Origin: Antedon mediterranea
Lineage: Eukaryota; Animalia; Echinodermata
Assembly: GCF_964355755.1 (NCBI RefSeq)
Contig: NC_092674.1
Span: forward strand, 22,816,001 to 22,880,000
Direction: 5' to 3'
Length of the DNA stretch: 64,000 bases
Below the pieces are notes generated by a model. That model saw only the letters and a program-made list of their open reading frames with translations. It searched no databases and had not been told where the DNA came from. A program made the position numbers and the translations under genes. This document shows, in pieces, positions 40,584-53,200 of this stretch. Position 1 is the first letter of the stretch. Each line of letters opens with the position of its first letter.

Positions 40584-43500
40584 TTTTATAAATGTTGTAC
40601 TCATTCTGTTGCCATATCGAATGCGAATTAGAATGTCTTACTTAACCTTTTATAAATTGTAAAACGTTTTATTACTAATGAAATATTTATTAAAAATATA
40701 GATTAAGATTAATTTTCTTTTAAATTCCTAACTTGGTTCGTTTATAAGTAGGCGTACTTTACGACATTTGTTGTGTTTAATTTTGATATTGTTGCTTTAA
40801 CAAAGAACCACTCAACATCTACAATAATTCTGTTTCACTTCAAAGATTTGAATACAAAATATAATATATATGCTGATGGCTGGATGATGTGACACATTTA
40901 GAGCAACCAGTCAATATGTTAGATTTGTATTATCAATGTTTTTAGTCGCGTGGACGCGACTCTATAGTTCACTATGTCGGTCGGTCGGTCTGTCGGTCTG
41001 TCTGTCGGTCCGGTATCACTATGCGTTTTAGCACGCGACTTATGGCTGTTGGCCTTGTTACTTAATAAGTAAAGTAAGTTACAAGGTTCTTTAAATGAAA
41101 AACTGAGGCAGTAATTTTTATCTTTTTTATCTAATGGTCTGTATTTTATCAATATACTTACCAATATTTGCTTAGATTATTTTTAAAATTGTCCAAAAAA
41201 TTAATTAAACATTTTTTTTTTTTTTGGTGGTAACTTGATAAATCTGAATTATCTCTTTGGCTTGTTGAGTGTCGGTTAATTTTAGTAGGGTTGGTGAAAT
41301 ATGTTAATAATATGGCTCTATTATATCAATTCTAGATTTCTTTTTCCTTCCATCATAGGGGCTGGAGATGTTGTTTGTCCATTTTGGGCGGATTTCTATA
41401 TAAGGCTTGTCCAAATTTAGGGTTTTTGTCAACTCTAGAGGCTTTTGTTGGCGCCATGCATTGTTTTGTCTATAATGAGGGAGAAGGCTATTTTAAAAAT
41501 GTATCAACAGCGTTTAATATAAACTTAACATTGCAATAGCTTGTTTTGTCAACCAATGATGACTATCATTAAAGGAAAATAGAAAGTCTTTTTTATATGT
41601 AACAATTCATATACTGTAATTTGGGTTTATGTTTATTTCATTTTGATAAGGTTTCTCTTTTAATATATTGCTTAGGTCCATAATGTTATATTAACAAATT
41701 ATGTTTACATGTTCGTGTTTTTTTGTAACAGTTCGTAATTAGGCCTAGATATTAGTCTTACTTAGTGGACAATTTTATGTAAAGAAATTACCAATAAAAT
41801 ACAAAGTCGTTAGGGTTCTAAATTATTTTTCACAATACAGATATTATGAGACCAAACAGAACAATAATATCAAAATTAAATTGGGTCATTACAGTATTAT
41901 TGTTGCTCTAAAAACATCGCGTGATAAAAGGAAAAATATAGTCGCCTTGAAACAAAGTTAATAAGTACATAGGTAAATACATGGCCTTTTTTTTCTTCAA
42001 ATCATTATTGATTTTCATCAATTGTTCAATACCAAACCGACATTACATATACAAATAAATACTAACTACAGTAATATATTGTTTTCATGATCTGGGATGA
42101 TAGGATCACCTCATGAGAACGCGTTTCTGTGCTGTAAGCCTTGTAGGGCTATTCTGTAGTCTTTTCATTATATTTTTCAGGCTCAAATGTTCTTATTTCT
42201 TCAGACGGTTTTAGAAAATGTTCGTAATGTTACTTTTGTTTGTGTTTCTTTATAACGTTTATTCCAGCTCGTTTATGTTTTGTGCTTCTAACTTTTCAGG
42301 TTATTCTGGAGATTTGTAATGCTCGCCTTCAGACCTCATTGACATTTTCTATTAAACTATTAGGCTTATACGGTAAAACAAAAGAAACACAGTGGGGTAA
42401 TATACAAGATAATAAGTTTAAGATAAGGTTGTAAATGACTACAATAATATGATACCAAATAACATAATTCGTTTTTGTAAATTTATTCACTGTACATTTA
42501 TAAATTACTCTACAAAGGTCGTCGAAAGACGAAAAAAATATCTTTGAACATTATTTACTTCAGCCAAGGCAATCTAACAAGAGGATGCTGAGCTATGGAG
42601 ATCAGATGGTTTACCTGTGGCTGCGACACGAAACAGTTCCACGCCCCTTAACAGACACCGCATGCCAACATACTGTTAGTATTTGTCGCAGGCAGACATA
42701 AGATCAAAGGACATTGTTTTCTATTTAAGACGTTCTATTTTTACTTGTATTTAAGAGGTACCATTTCACTCATAAACATTCGTCATTCATCTGTGCAATT
42801 CCACATTATACAATGGCTCCCTTTTAGGCGTGCACAGTTTTTAAAATACTTCAACATTATATTAATGCTGCTACACATAGCTTAAATTTTACATTGTCAA
42901 ATTGCACAAGGGTTTTTTTGTTGTTCATTTAGAATAACGACAATGTTTTTGGTATCAGCTAGAAAAAACTATAAATAATTGTTCAGTAAAATACTATTCA
43001 GTAAAAAACAATCCTTAAAACACTATTAACATATTATTTACATTACTTTTATGCTATGCTTTTTCCCATAAAAATGTCAACAATATAAAATAAGTGGACA
43101 TATAAAACTCGCCTGGTAGACATTGAAACAACATAAGTCGCCATTGCGTTTGGGAATAATAAGAATATAAAAATCTGATATTAATGGCATGGCTTTTGTG
43201 CGCGTGCGTTAAATATTTGTCTATCTAATGAAAGATGTGTATTCAAGCTGTTGGCTTCTGATTGGTCAGAAATTAACAATGTTAAAATCCGGATGAGAAA
43301 ATCGTTTAAGCATTGAAAGAGAATTAATGGGTGAAGTATATTAATCTGTTATTGCAAAAGCAACGATTCGTCTTGTTACAATTCATTTCAGTCCTTGACT
43401 GTCGTTTTGTAATATATTTTTTATATACCGAATAAATAAATTTAAAAAAATACTGGGTCATTTAATCCATGCACTGTATCAAAATGTTTAATTCCACAAA

Positions 43501-43869
43501 GAATCTTTGGTAATTTTTGAAGAACTAAATCAAGAAGCATTCTTAGCCTATACAAACTAATCAAATTCCAATTCTCAACAAACATAACTAAAATGTAAGC
43601 CCTTTATTAAAAAAAGAATCACTAGATTTCCTATATTGTTCAGTAAAATATAGTTTTGTACAAAAATGTACATATAAGTATAGTCGCTATTCACTATTGC
43701 AATTCATTGTAACCAAAATAAATGATAAGACACAAAAACAATGTGCTAAACTTTTTAAAAATATTACAAAAACAAGTTATTTATATATTGTTTCTAAAAA
43801 GAACCGTAAGACTTAAAAAGACATATTCTCCAGTGCCACAAAGAATTAAATTATATAGTTAAAATACAG

Positions 43870-43994
43870 GGGCGGATTGCAATAAAGGTCTTAACAGCGG
43901 TCTTAGACTTAAGACCAAGATGATACCCTAAGACTTTCAGTGCCTTGGGCTTAGATCTAAGCCTAAGACAAAGTCTTTATATTGCAATCCGCAC
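43870..43994. mobile_element. Harbinger-type MITE downstream of the anoctamin stop
   Basis: TIR gggcggattgcaata...tattgcaatccgcac with 3-bp TSD CAG. Confidence 0.65.
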
Positions 43995-44252
43995 CAGATA
44001 ATGAATGTCTACTGTTATATTTTCCTGCCATGTGACCCACAATCGTTCAATCAATTGACAGGAATTAATTTAGATGTTATTATAAAACAATCTATCTTTT
44101 CAAATCTTTCAAATATTCCCTCTCCATAAACATTCATTGTACAGGAAGCTAAATGAAATTCTTTGAAGGAGTTATTTTAATGTTTTTGTATATTATTTTC
44201 TAGAAATATAATAATTTACACTATAATATAAATAACAAGGTTCCTTCATATG

Positions 44253-47200
44253 CTATACATCTGAGTTACCATAGGGATGGTAAACAACTGACGGTGGATA
44301 GGCTGGGTCGTTGTAACCACCCTCCATATGCGAGCTGTTATTTTGAATATAGTATGCACTGGGTATAAATACATTTTGACCTTCTGGATAAACAATATCT
44401 GGCGGATCTTCGTATTCTACGATAATTTTCGGTTTTTTCTTTTTCTTTTTCTTCTTTCGTTTGATTGGCTCCAGTGTGTTGGGGTTGTGAATAATCGTGT
44501 CGTTCACAATACTGTCGTCATAGTTAATACTGTCAGAAAACAAATTATAATAAACATAAATTAATATACTGTTAATGATTAATTAATAATAATTAATTTT
44601 GTAGAATTATTAATATACAATATATATCAATTAATTTTATAAATAATCATTAAAACCCTGGCATGATATTATATTGTTTTATTTGTTAGGTGTTAATCTA
44701 CAAGGCCATGTTAAGCTCTGTCTAAACTAGTTTGGCAAAAAATGTGCCCAAATATGGTAGTGATATACCCAAATGTGGTAGTGATATGACATCAACATGT
44801 CCATATATGACATAAAGTTTTATAGTGTAGACAGAGCTTCAGACAGTAGAGCCTCCTAATTTGGGACACCTCATAATCAGAGAACACCCATATTAAGGGA
44901 CACTTTCCAAAGAAGGGGATATATATGTTTTAAAAATATGGCCAACCCCTATTCAGGGACACCCTTATTAGATGTCCCCATCCTTTAAATCAAAGGAAGT
45001 ATAAATAACATATTTGATTAATTCATTTCAAATAAAAAATATATTTAATTATTATTTGAGTAATGTATACTGATTTAAATTATGGATTCTGAAAGTCAAT
45101 TTCACAATTTAATGATGCAAATGATATTTTATTGAAATTGGAAATACATTAACAATATTAAACACAACTATTGTGTAAGGAAAACTAAAAATAATTAGGT
45201 TGGATTTAATCATCTACTAAACATGCAAGGTAATTGATCTGAGTGTATTATTACCATATTGATATTAAAATAAATATGAAATATTGGTCATAATTGTAAA
45301 TTATTTAAAGAAATATAGGTCAAATTAATTGCAAAACAAATACATCTCTTGAAACTTTAAAGTTAGGGTTAATGTACTGTTAATTTGCATTATTATACAG
45401 GTGCAAGTTTGCCTGGTTTGGCATTCCTTTGTTGTGTGTGAGAGTCAGTGAAGCCTAGGCTATTGTAGAAGCAACTCATTGATGCTAGCTAGGCAGTAAA
45501 ACCTGGATTATTGCTGAGAGGCTAAACAAGATATGTGCTTAGATAAACACAGTAACACATACAGAAGCATGAGATTATATTGTGCAAGATATTGGATACT
45601 TGGAGCTAAATTTAAACTTCTATGGACATTATTTACAGTAAAGTCAAGCCTGGATAATTGCAGAGGCTGATCATGTGTGAAACATACAGGACTAAAGACA
45701 CAGTAAAGCCTATCCAATTGCAGAGACTATATAGTTGTAAAGAACACAGTGTTGATGTGGATGTATGTACAAGTACTAGAATGTTATGCACTATTTTGTG
45801 GAAAATTTGGTGAGTAAATTTTATATTTTTGCATTTTGAGGGAAAAGAAGACAAAGAGCAAAATTAGTTGAAATGTTATCTATGAATTGTGTTTAAACTG
45901 TGTCATTTTAATTTAGGACCATGTAATATTTTCCTTTTAATATTGTCCCTATTAATCTCTTAATCAGAGTTATTATGTGCAGGAGTGACGATGTTCACTC
46001 GCATTCAACCACCCTACCATATAAAGGTAAAGGTAAAAGTGAGTCCCGTGTTCTCTGAACGTAGGGGAATGAGCTGTTAGGAGCTCATTGTACTAAGCCT
46101 CGGCATTATGTGGTAGGGTGGCCAGTTCCTTTCCACGCCGCCTTTTTTCTCCCTAGTATTTTCAACCAGGTACTCATTTTCCAGCTGAGTGAACTGGGAG
46201 TTGTCGGGCATTGAACCCGGGTCCTGATGATGATAGTCCTGTATAACTGTATATAATAAAGTATTGATTGTAAATTTATCATAAAACTGAGAGCATATGA
46301 ATGTGATCTTTGTTTGCACTTTCCTAAACAAATTTATTGAGAGCAAGTACTGTTCTATCATGAATACCATGAATGCATGGTGCTCTATTTATAGGATATT
46401 TTATCAAGCAGACATTTGTTGACTTTTTAAACTCTCTCATATTTGTCCATCTTTGCCCATTATAGTATTTATTTTTTTCGGCACTATTCCTAAACAGTTT
46501 TAAATCTAATAAATAAATAAACATACTTTGGATTTAGTAATTCCTTGGTTGCTAATGTCGATAATTCTACGTCCTGGTGAACATTTTTTCTATGCCAGAC
46601 TGGCGAACCATTGTTGTTGTCATTTTCAGCACTGTTCGGTCGTAACTGAAAATCCTTTGTATCATTGTCGTCAGTGGGGTATGAGTTGGTTGATTGAAAG
46701 TAGTTAAAACCTTCAAAATTTGCTGGTATTCTGTCCAATCTTGTAACAGATTCTTTTGTTGTCAGTTCTCCTTTATCTTTGGTGTCATCCATCTGCCGGT
46801 TCACATCGTATCGTTCCTGAAAGACATTGTTACATAGGTTGCCATTTGGAATAATAAAATACTGTATTTATTACAGTATTTGGACTGGATTTCTAAGGGT
46901 CATCAAACTTAAACTAGTATGCATATTGTCGAAATATGAATTTAGGAATTGTTCAGTCATAAGGAAATATTGTGGAGCTGTAGCTTGGTGGTTAACATGG
47001 TTGCCTTCCAATCCAATGTCCAGGGTTCAATCTTGACCTAGTATCAGAGATGTAAACACTTGACTTTCTACTCTATTTCCAAAACCTCAAATGGGACTTT
47101 GTATTGCGCAATAAATGTTTAGTTTATCCATCCTGTAATTAGTGAGTTTCTTGCTGTTGGATGAGTATGATACAATATTTTAAATAGCCCTGGGCCTATT

Positions 47201-50200
47201 TTACTTTAAACTAGGACTATATTCGGATCAAGGATAGTGTATGATTTGTTTAAGTTGTAGATGGATAGGTGATGAGAAAAATCAAACAATATTTCAAAAC
47301 AACAAACAACTTTCTTTAATCTAATATCAAATTTATTTAAAACATTGGTATGATCTATTTCAATATTAATTAGATAATAAATAAATACAGTATTTTCCAA
47401 GATAATTTCACTGACCTTGCGTACAGCTAAAGAAACGTCTCTCGGAATATCTGGTATTACATAGGCCAGGAAAAACATAAGTGCAAATACAATATGCTGT
47501 AAAAAATAAACAATACATAAAAATATAAAACAGCGAACAGCTACCAAAATCAAATTGAAATTGTAGTTTTTAACATTTGACATGGGAGTGGTGATGTTTA
47601 CAGAGTAACTGCATAAAGCTTTGTCTACACTATCAAACTTTATGTGACAGAAGAATGTGATGTGCCAATTATATGGACATGATGATATCATATCACTACT
47701 ATATTTAGGCATATCACTAGTGTAGACAGAGATTTAGATAATGTACTTGTTTGACAATTAAGTACCACTATCCAACTAAAGTATACTATGTACATTAACT
47801 TTTTATTAAGATGTCAAATAACTTTTTATTAAGATGTCAATTTGTCTCAGTTAAATGTACATAAGGACTTAGATGGAAATAAGTTACACTGAAAATGTGA
47901 AACTTTATCTAATTATCCTTGGTTCATTTTGTTCTGTTTCCATTGTTTGACACCTTCTGTTTTGTTGTACTTTTCTGGTGTTGTCTTTTGAATTTGATGT
48001 ACTGTTTATCGTCTTTTTTATAATGTATTTATGTATGAACCAAATAAATTCAATCAATCAATCAGCTGTTGATAGTATAGTTTCATAGATGTCCGGAATT
48101 TATTTCTACATCAGCTAGGATTTCCTAATGGTTGATTATACATTATCTGGTATTAAATTAATGAACCATAAAAGGCACCAAATATTAATACAGTAGTACA
48201 GTAGTACTACAGTCCCCAGGGAACAATAGGGATGTCCCTGAATACAGTAGGTGTTATCCGTAATGTGTGTGTAACATATACTGTATTGCCCCTTGTTTGT
48301 TTCACAAGAAAATTTTCCATGACTAGGGGTGTCCAAAGGAGAGGATCTACCATAGTTATAAATAGCACTTACTTCAAACACCAGGACAACCCAGAGCTTG
48401 CCCTCTGGGTCATAATCTTTGCCCCACTGGGCAGTGAATGAGATGATAAAAGCATTGCTGATCACACCAGCTATGTTGATGAAATTTAGAATTGCAAACC
48501 ACATACCTAGAATAGAAATAAATATGTTTTACACCAAACATCCCTGACAGAATATACACTATAGACAGTATTATGTTATACATCTCTTTTGCAGGAGTTG
48601 GCTATGGCTATGGTAAGTATGGATATTTGTTTGTTATTAGCTAAATGTTGAACATGGTACCGAATATTTGACAAGAAATGTACATATTGTTTTCAGGTGG
48701 GACACAAACACACAACCTCTAGATCACTAGCCTAAAATTTATACCGATAGACCACCAAGCTTGCTATGATGACTAAGGCTAGAATCTAAAACATCTTTAC
48801 TTATAGATATCTACAAATGATAGGGCGCAATTTGGCAAAAGCGTTTATCTCATGCCTACAGTAGCTTACTTTACTTTTACAATAGCCCATGTTTTCTGAG
48901 AGAGTGTTATGATATGAAAAGATGAAAGTCCCTTAAAATACCCTTCTACAATAACTGACTAAACCGCCAACCATGCTCTCACATGGGCACACTCTAATGT
49001 ACTGAATACCACCATTTATTTTTGTAATGTGGTAATGAACTCCAAAGATATTGATATGTATGATCAAATACTTCTAATATTGTGCTTGTGTTATAACTGA
49101 TATCCATAAGGGAAGCAGCACTTATAGACTATCGTTGGTACAACTACTGTTGGTTTGTGTAATCTGAGGTTATCAAGCATTTATTTGAACCATATGTGTT
49201 CAATACAAAACAAGACACTTTGATCTGTTTCTTACCAATATCTTGTGAGATATATGGAACTGGTCTTTTGTTAAACCACAGTAAACGCTTTGCATCTACT
49301 CGTATATCAATCACATTTGTCAGTAACTGAATGAGTGGTGCCAGGGGAAGGGCTGATGAAAAAAGCTGAAATGAGATGAAAAGTAATAGATACAATTTTG
49401 TATTAATATTCTCTGATAAAATGTGATCATGTTGTCTATTTTGTGCCTAGCTTACCTGGATAAATGACAAATGCCCTATTCTCCTCATGGAGTGAGATTA
49501 TCAAGGTAAGCTAGCACTTACCAACACCATTTCTGGTTTTTGTAATTTATATACAAGCTAATATTCTCCATTGTTTTGTTTTATGAAAGCAGACTTTAAA
49601 GTAAAATTTGGCTGATGATCTAACTAGTGACAATAACACTCATGTTGACTTTAAATGGAAGTTGGTAACCCGAGTATTTATGTTACTTTGAACTATCAAT
49701 TTGGTAATCATCATTAAATACAATTAGTAATCAGGTCACCAAGAGTGCAGTTATGTTGAACTTTGACTGTATGGCAATAATATACAGTATATAAAACTGT
49801 TTTCGGAACTTGTGTGTGCAACCAAGTTTTATGATACTTCAGGATGTACATACTGTATAGAGAAATATTGTTGTTACCCCATTTTAATGGGGTTCGATTG
49901 TTAGTCCTGTATAATTATTTGCCTACCATTAGGTAACCATACATGATGATTTTCTCATTGTATTCCCAAAGTGTAAAGTCTTTGATTGGTGGCTTTAATC
50001 GTTCCTTCTCTAAGAATTCTAACTCTTCCAACTTTATCTTCTCGGATGCTGACACTTTGGCTTTTCTGCAACATTTCCGCCGCCTCCACAGCTTTTTTAA
50101 GAATCTTGAAAAGAATTATAATAATTGTTTGAAAAAGATATCGCACGCCATTTGACTAAGAATTGGTTGGTAACATCAACCTTATCAATCAAGAGGATTT

Positions 50201-53200
50201 TTAGTTGGTAAAATGCTAAGTACAGTATATTTCTTATATATCTATATGTCTGTTTTTGTTTTTGACGTCTGAGTTAGTGAAAAACTAAGTACTGTATGTA
50301 CTTTAGAAAAAATATCTCATGATGTTGTAGGTCTGACAGAGTATGCTCTACTCTCCTTCTAAGAAAGGTTTAGTAGTTTAGTCACTAACTATAGTTAGGT
50401 GACTAGTAAACCTTTCACAAATTCCTTAAAGTATTCGTAGCTAGGTACTTTGGGTAAGCCTTCATATACTGTATGGCATAGGCCTAAAGTCTAAACATAC
50501 TTTCTTTTGTGAACACTTACGGAATGATTAAATCTTTAAGGAACTTTGGAAAAGGTTTCATCAGCATCAGAACAAAGACTTGAAGTGAGAGTAAGGACAT
50601 GCAGTTGTCGTCGGCACAAGGATCCATAAACTTGTCACCCATATTGAGAAATCCATCATCTGTTGTCAACTGAAAACCAAATGTAGTTTATTGATAACTT
50701 ACTGTATGGCTCAGGTTTGAATAAACTAAGACTGGATTGGGAATATTGCATTTTTAAAGATATTATTGTCCCCCGAAAAAACTATTTTAAATTTAATTTG
50801 TGGAATATGCCATTTTCATGTCACACAATAGTTAATCACTTTGACCACAAATTGAATAAAAAACTTTACTTTAAAAAAATTTGAGTAAAAGCCAAAAAAA
50901 ATAGTCAAATTGGTTTTTTTTAGGTTTTTTAGATAAATTTATTTATTTTTTTGAAATGATTGTGTTTTTTCTTCTACGGAAGTAAATAACTTTATTAAAA
51001 CTACAAAATGGTATTTTCAAAGTCTGATTTTAATAATCTTCATTTTTAATTTTTTAAGGGGACAAATACATCTTTAAGTATTTTTAAATTTTAAATTACA
51101 GCATTTGTTCAGCGAACTAGATACACCATATTAGACTGTCCTTCAAAACATGACTTTATGTAACCTATTGGTGATTTTATTGATTTTAAGATCTTGATAA
51201 TGAAACAATTTTCGATTGCTTTAGGAGAATAAATTATATTTCTTTTTTTTCTACTTAAGCATTCTTTTATTATATCCATTTGTTTTTTTTCTTTTAGCTT
51301 TTTTTAACTTAATAATAATGATTAATACAAAAAATTAAACATACATCACGAAAGAATGCAATGTAAAAGAGTGAAGTGTAACTGTTGACAAACTGGAACG
51401 CAAACAGCTTAATAATGAGGGCATCTTCATACATGGTTTGTGTCCGATGATTCTCTGTTCAAAAAACAAGAAAAAAAGAATAATTGTTGTGAAGTAGCGT
51501 TGTATCCTTAGGCAAGACACTTAACTTTAACGTTTGTCTCTCTCCACCCAAGTGTACAAATTGGTACAAATTTGCAATGATTACTAGCTACAAAAAACGA
51601 CAGGGGTATATATGTACAGCGCTTAGAGGTTTCACAACTTTAATTTCTGTCTGCACGATCAAACTTTATGTTACAAAAAAATGTGATGCCCATAGTGACA
51701 TATCACCCCCATATTTGGGCACATCACACTTTCTTAACTAAAAAGTATCACTTACCCCAGTCAGTAAGCTTGTAAGCAACATATTCATATATTTTTCCTA
51801 GTGTCATGATGCATGTGGAGTTCAGAATGGTACTCATCAGCGAGGCATAGAGTAGTTGCTCAACAGATGACCCGTCACGGAATAGGTACGACATTATTAA
51901 CCGATACAGGATAACAGATATGGCGCTGGCTATCACTAATGAGGCCTAAAAAATAATAGGTTATGATACTTTCTTTACTATCCCATTTCCATTTTAAAAT
52001 CTAAAGGTCAAATTTTGACTAGGAACACAAGTCAACAGTAGCCATTGTTTGATGGCTTGATCACAAGTGATCCGGTCCACTGCTACTTCCTGGAAATCTG
52101 TTTCTAGGTGACGTCATACTTTTTTGTAGCGTGATCGAGATATACAGCCCCTTCGTCGCGGTTGATTGCGTTAGCCCCCCTCTTTCGGATTTGGATTGCC
52201 TCTCTGATTCTACGCTTAAATGGGTTAGAGTCTCTGTCAAGAATTTTGGCCCCCTAACCCATTTAAGCGTAGAATCAGAGAGGCAATCCAAATCAGATTT
52301 CCAGGAAGTAGCAGTGGACCGGATCACTTGTGATCAAGCCATCAGCCAAGATGGCGAAAGCTAAAGAAAGTGAGTAATTTCATTTGGATTTGTCAAACAA
52401 AATGATTTATTTATTATCTACAATCCTACAAAATGCACGTATTTACTGTACTGTATGTTGTCATTCTCCATTAACTTCTTTGGGACAACCCTATTCAGGT
52501 GACTAAATGTATATTTTCATATAAAATAAACCAAGGAAAAATATATGTTATATTATGGCCAACACCAATTAAGGGGACATGTCCACTATTAATGGGACAC
52601 TTTTTTAAGGGTCTACTTATTAGTGCCATCACATGCAATGCCCACATGATGTTTCCATTACCCAATATTAATTCAAACTGTTTTAAGATAGCATTCTTAC
52701 ACTGTGGTATTGCACAGCAAATTATTCACAATAGCTGCGGTGAAGTTTAAAGGGCAATCAAATACTTTTTTTGTTAATTTATTTTTTTGATAGATTGAAA
52801 ACTTACCATGAATATAAGAATACTAAATGATGTCATAAATTTTAGAAACTGCTTGTAGAATGGGTAGTACCAATCTGGCAAATTAGACACTGGGTCCTGA
52901 GAAAAAAATAAAATTTATTGTCTATAATGTCAAATAAAAAATAGTAAATTCCTCCTTTTAGAGGAGTGAGCATGTTATTGAAAAGTATATACAGTATTGT
53001 ATATGTTAGTTATAGCTATTATTATGTTGTACACCAAAGATAATCCACTAAGAACTTCCAGTGGGGTCCGGGCAGTACACCAGGAGGCGATTCCTACTCT
53101 TTTCGAAGAGTGTACTGTGTCCTTTTACATGCACAACATGTTGCACACAGGACCAACTGCTTAACATGATGGTGCACTATCTACATGTATTCCAACCTGC

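Noticed and set aside
52061-52364. Two antiparallel ORFs sharing the peptide SDLDCLSDSTLKWVR
   Set aside because: Artefact of the nested inverted repeat, not coding.
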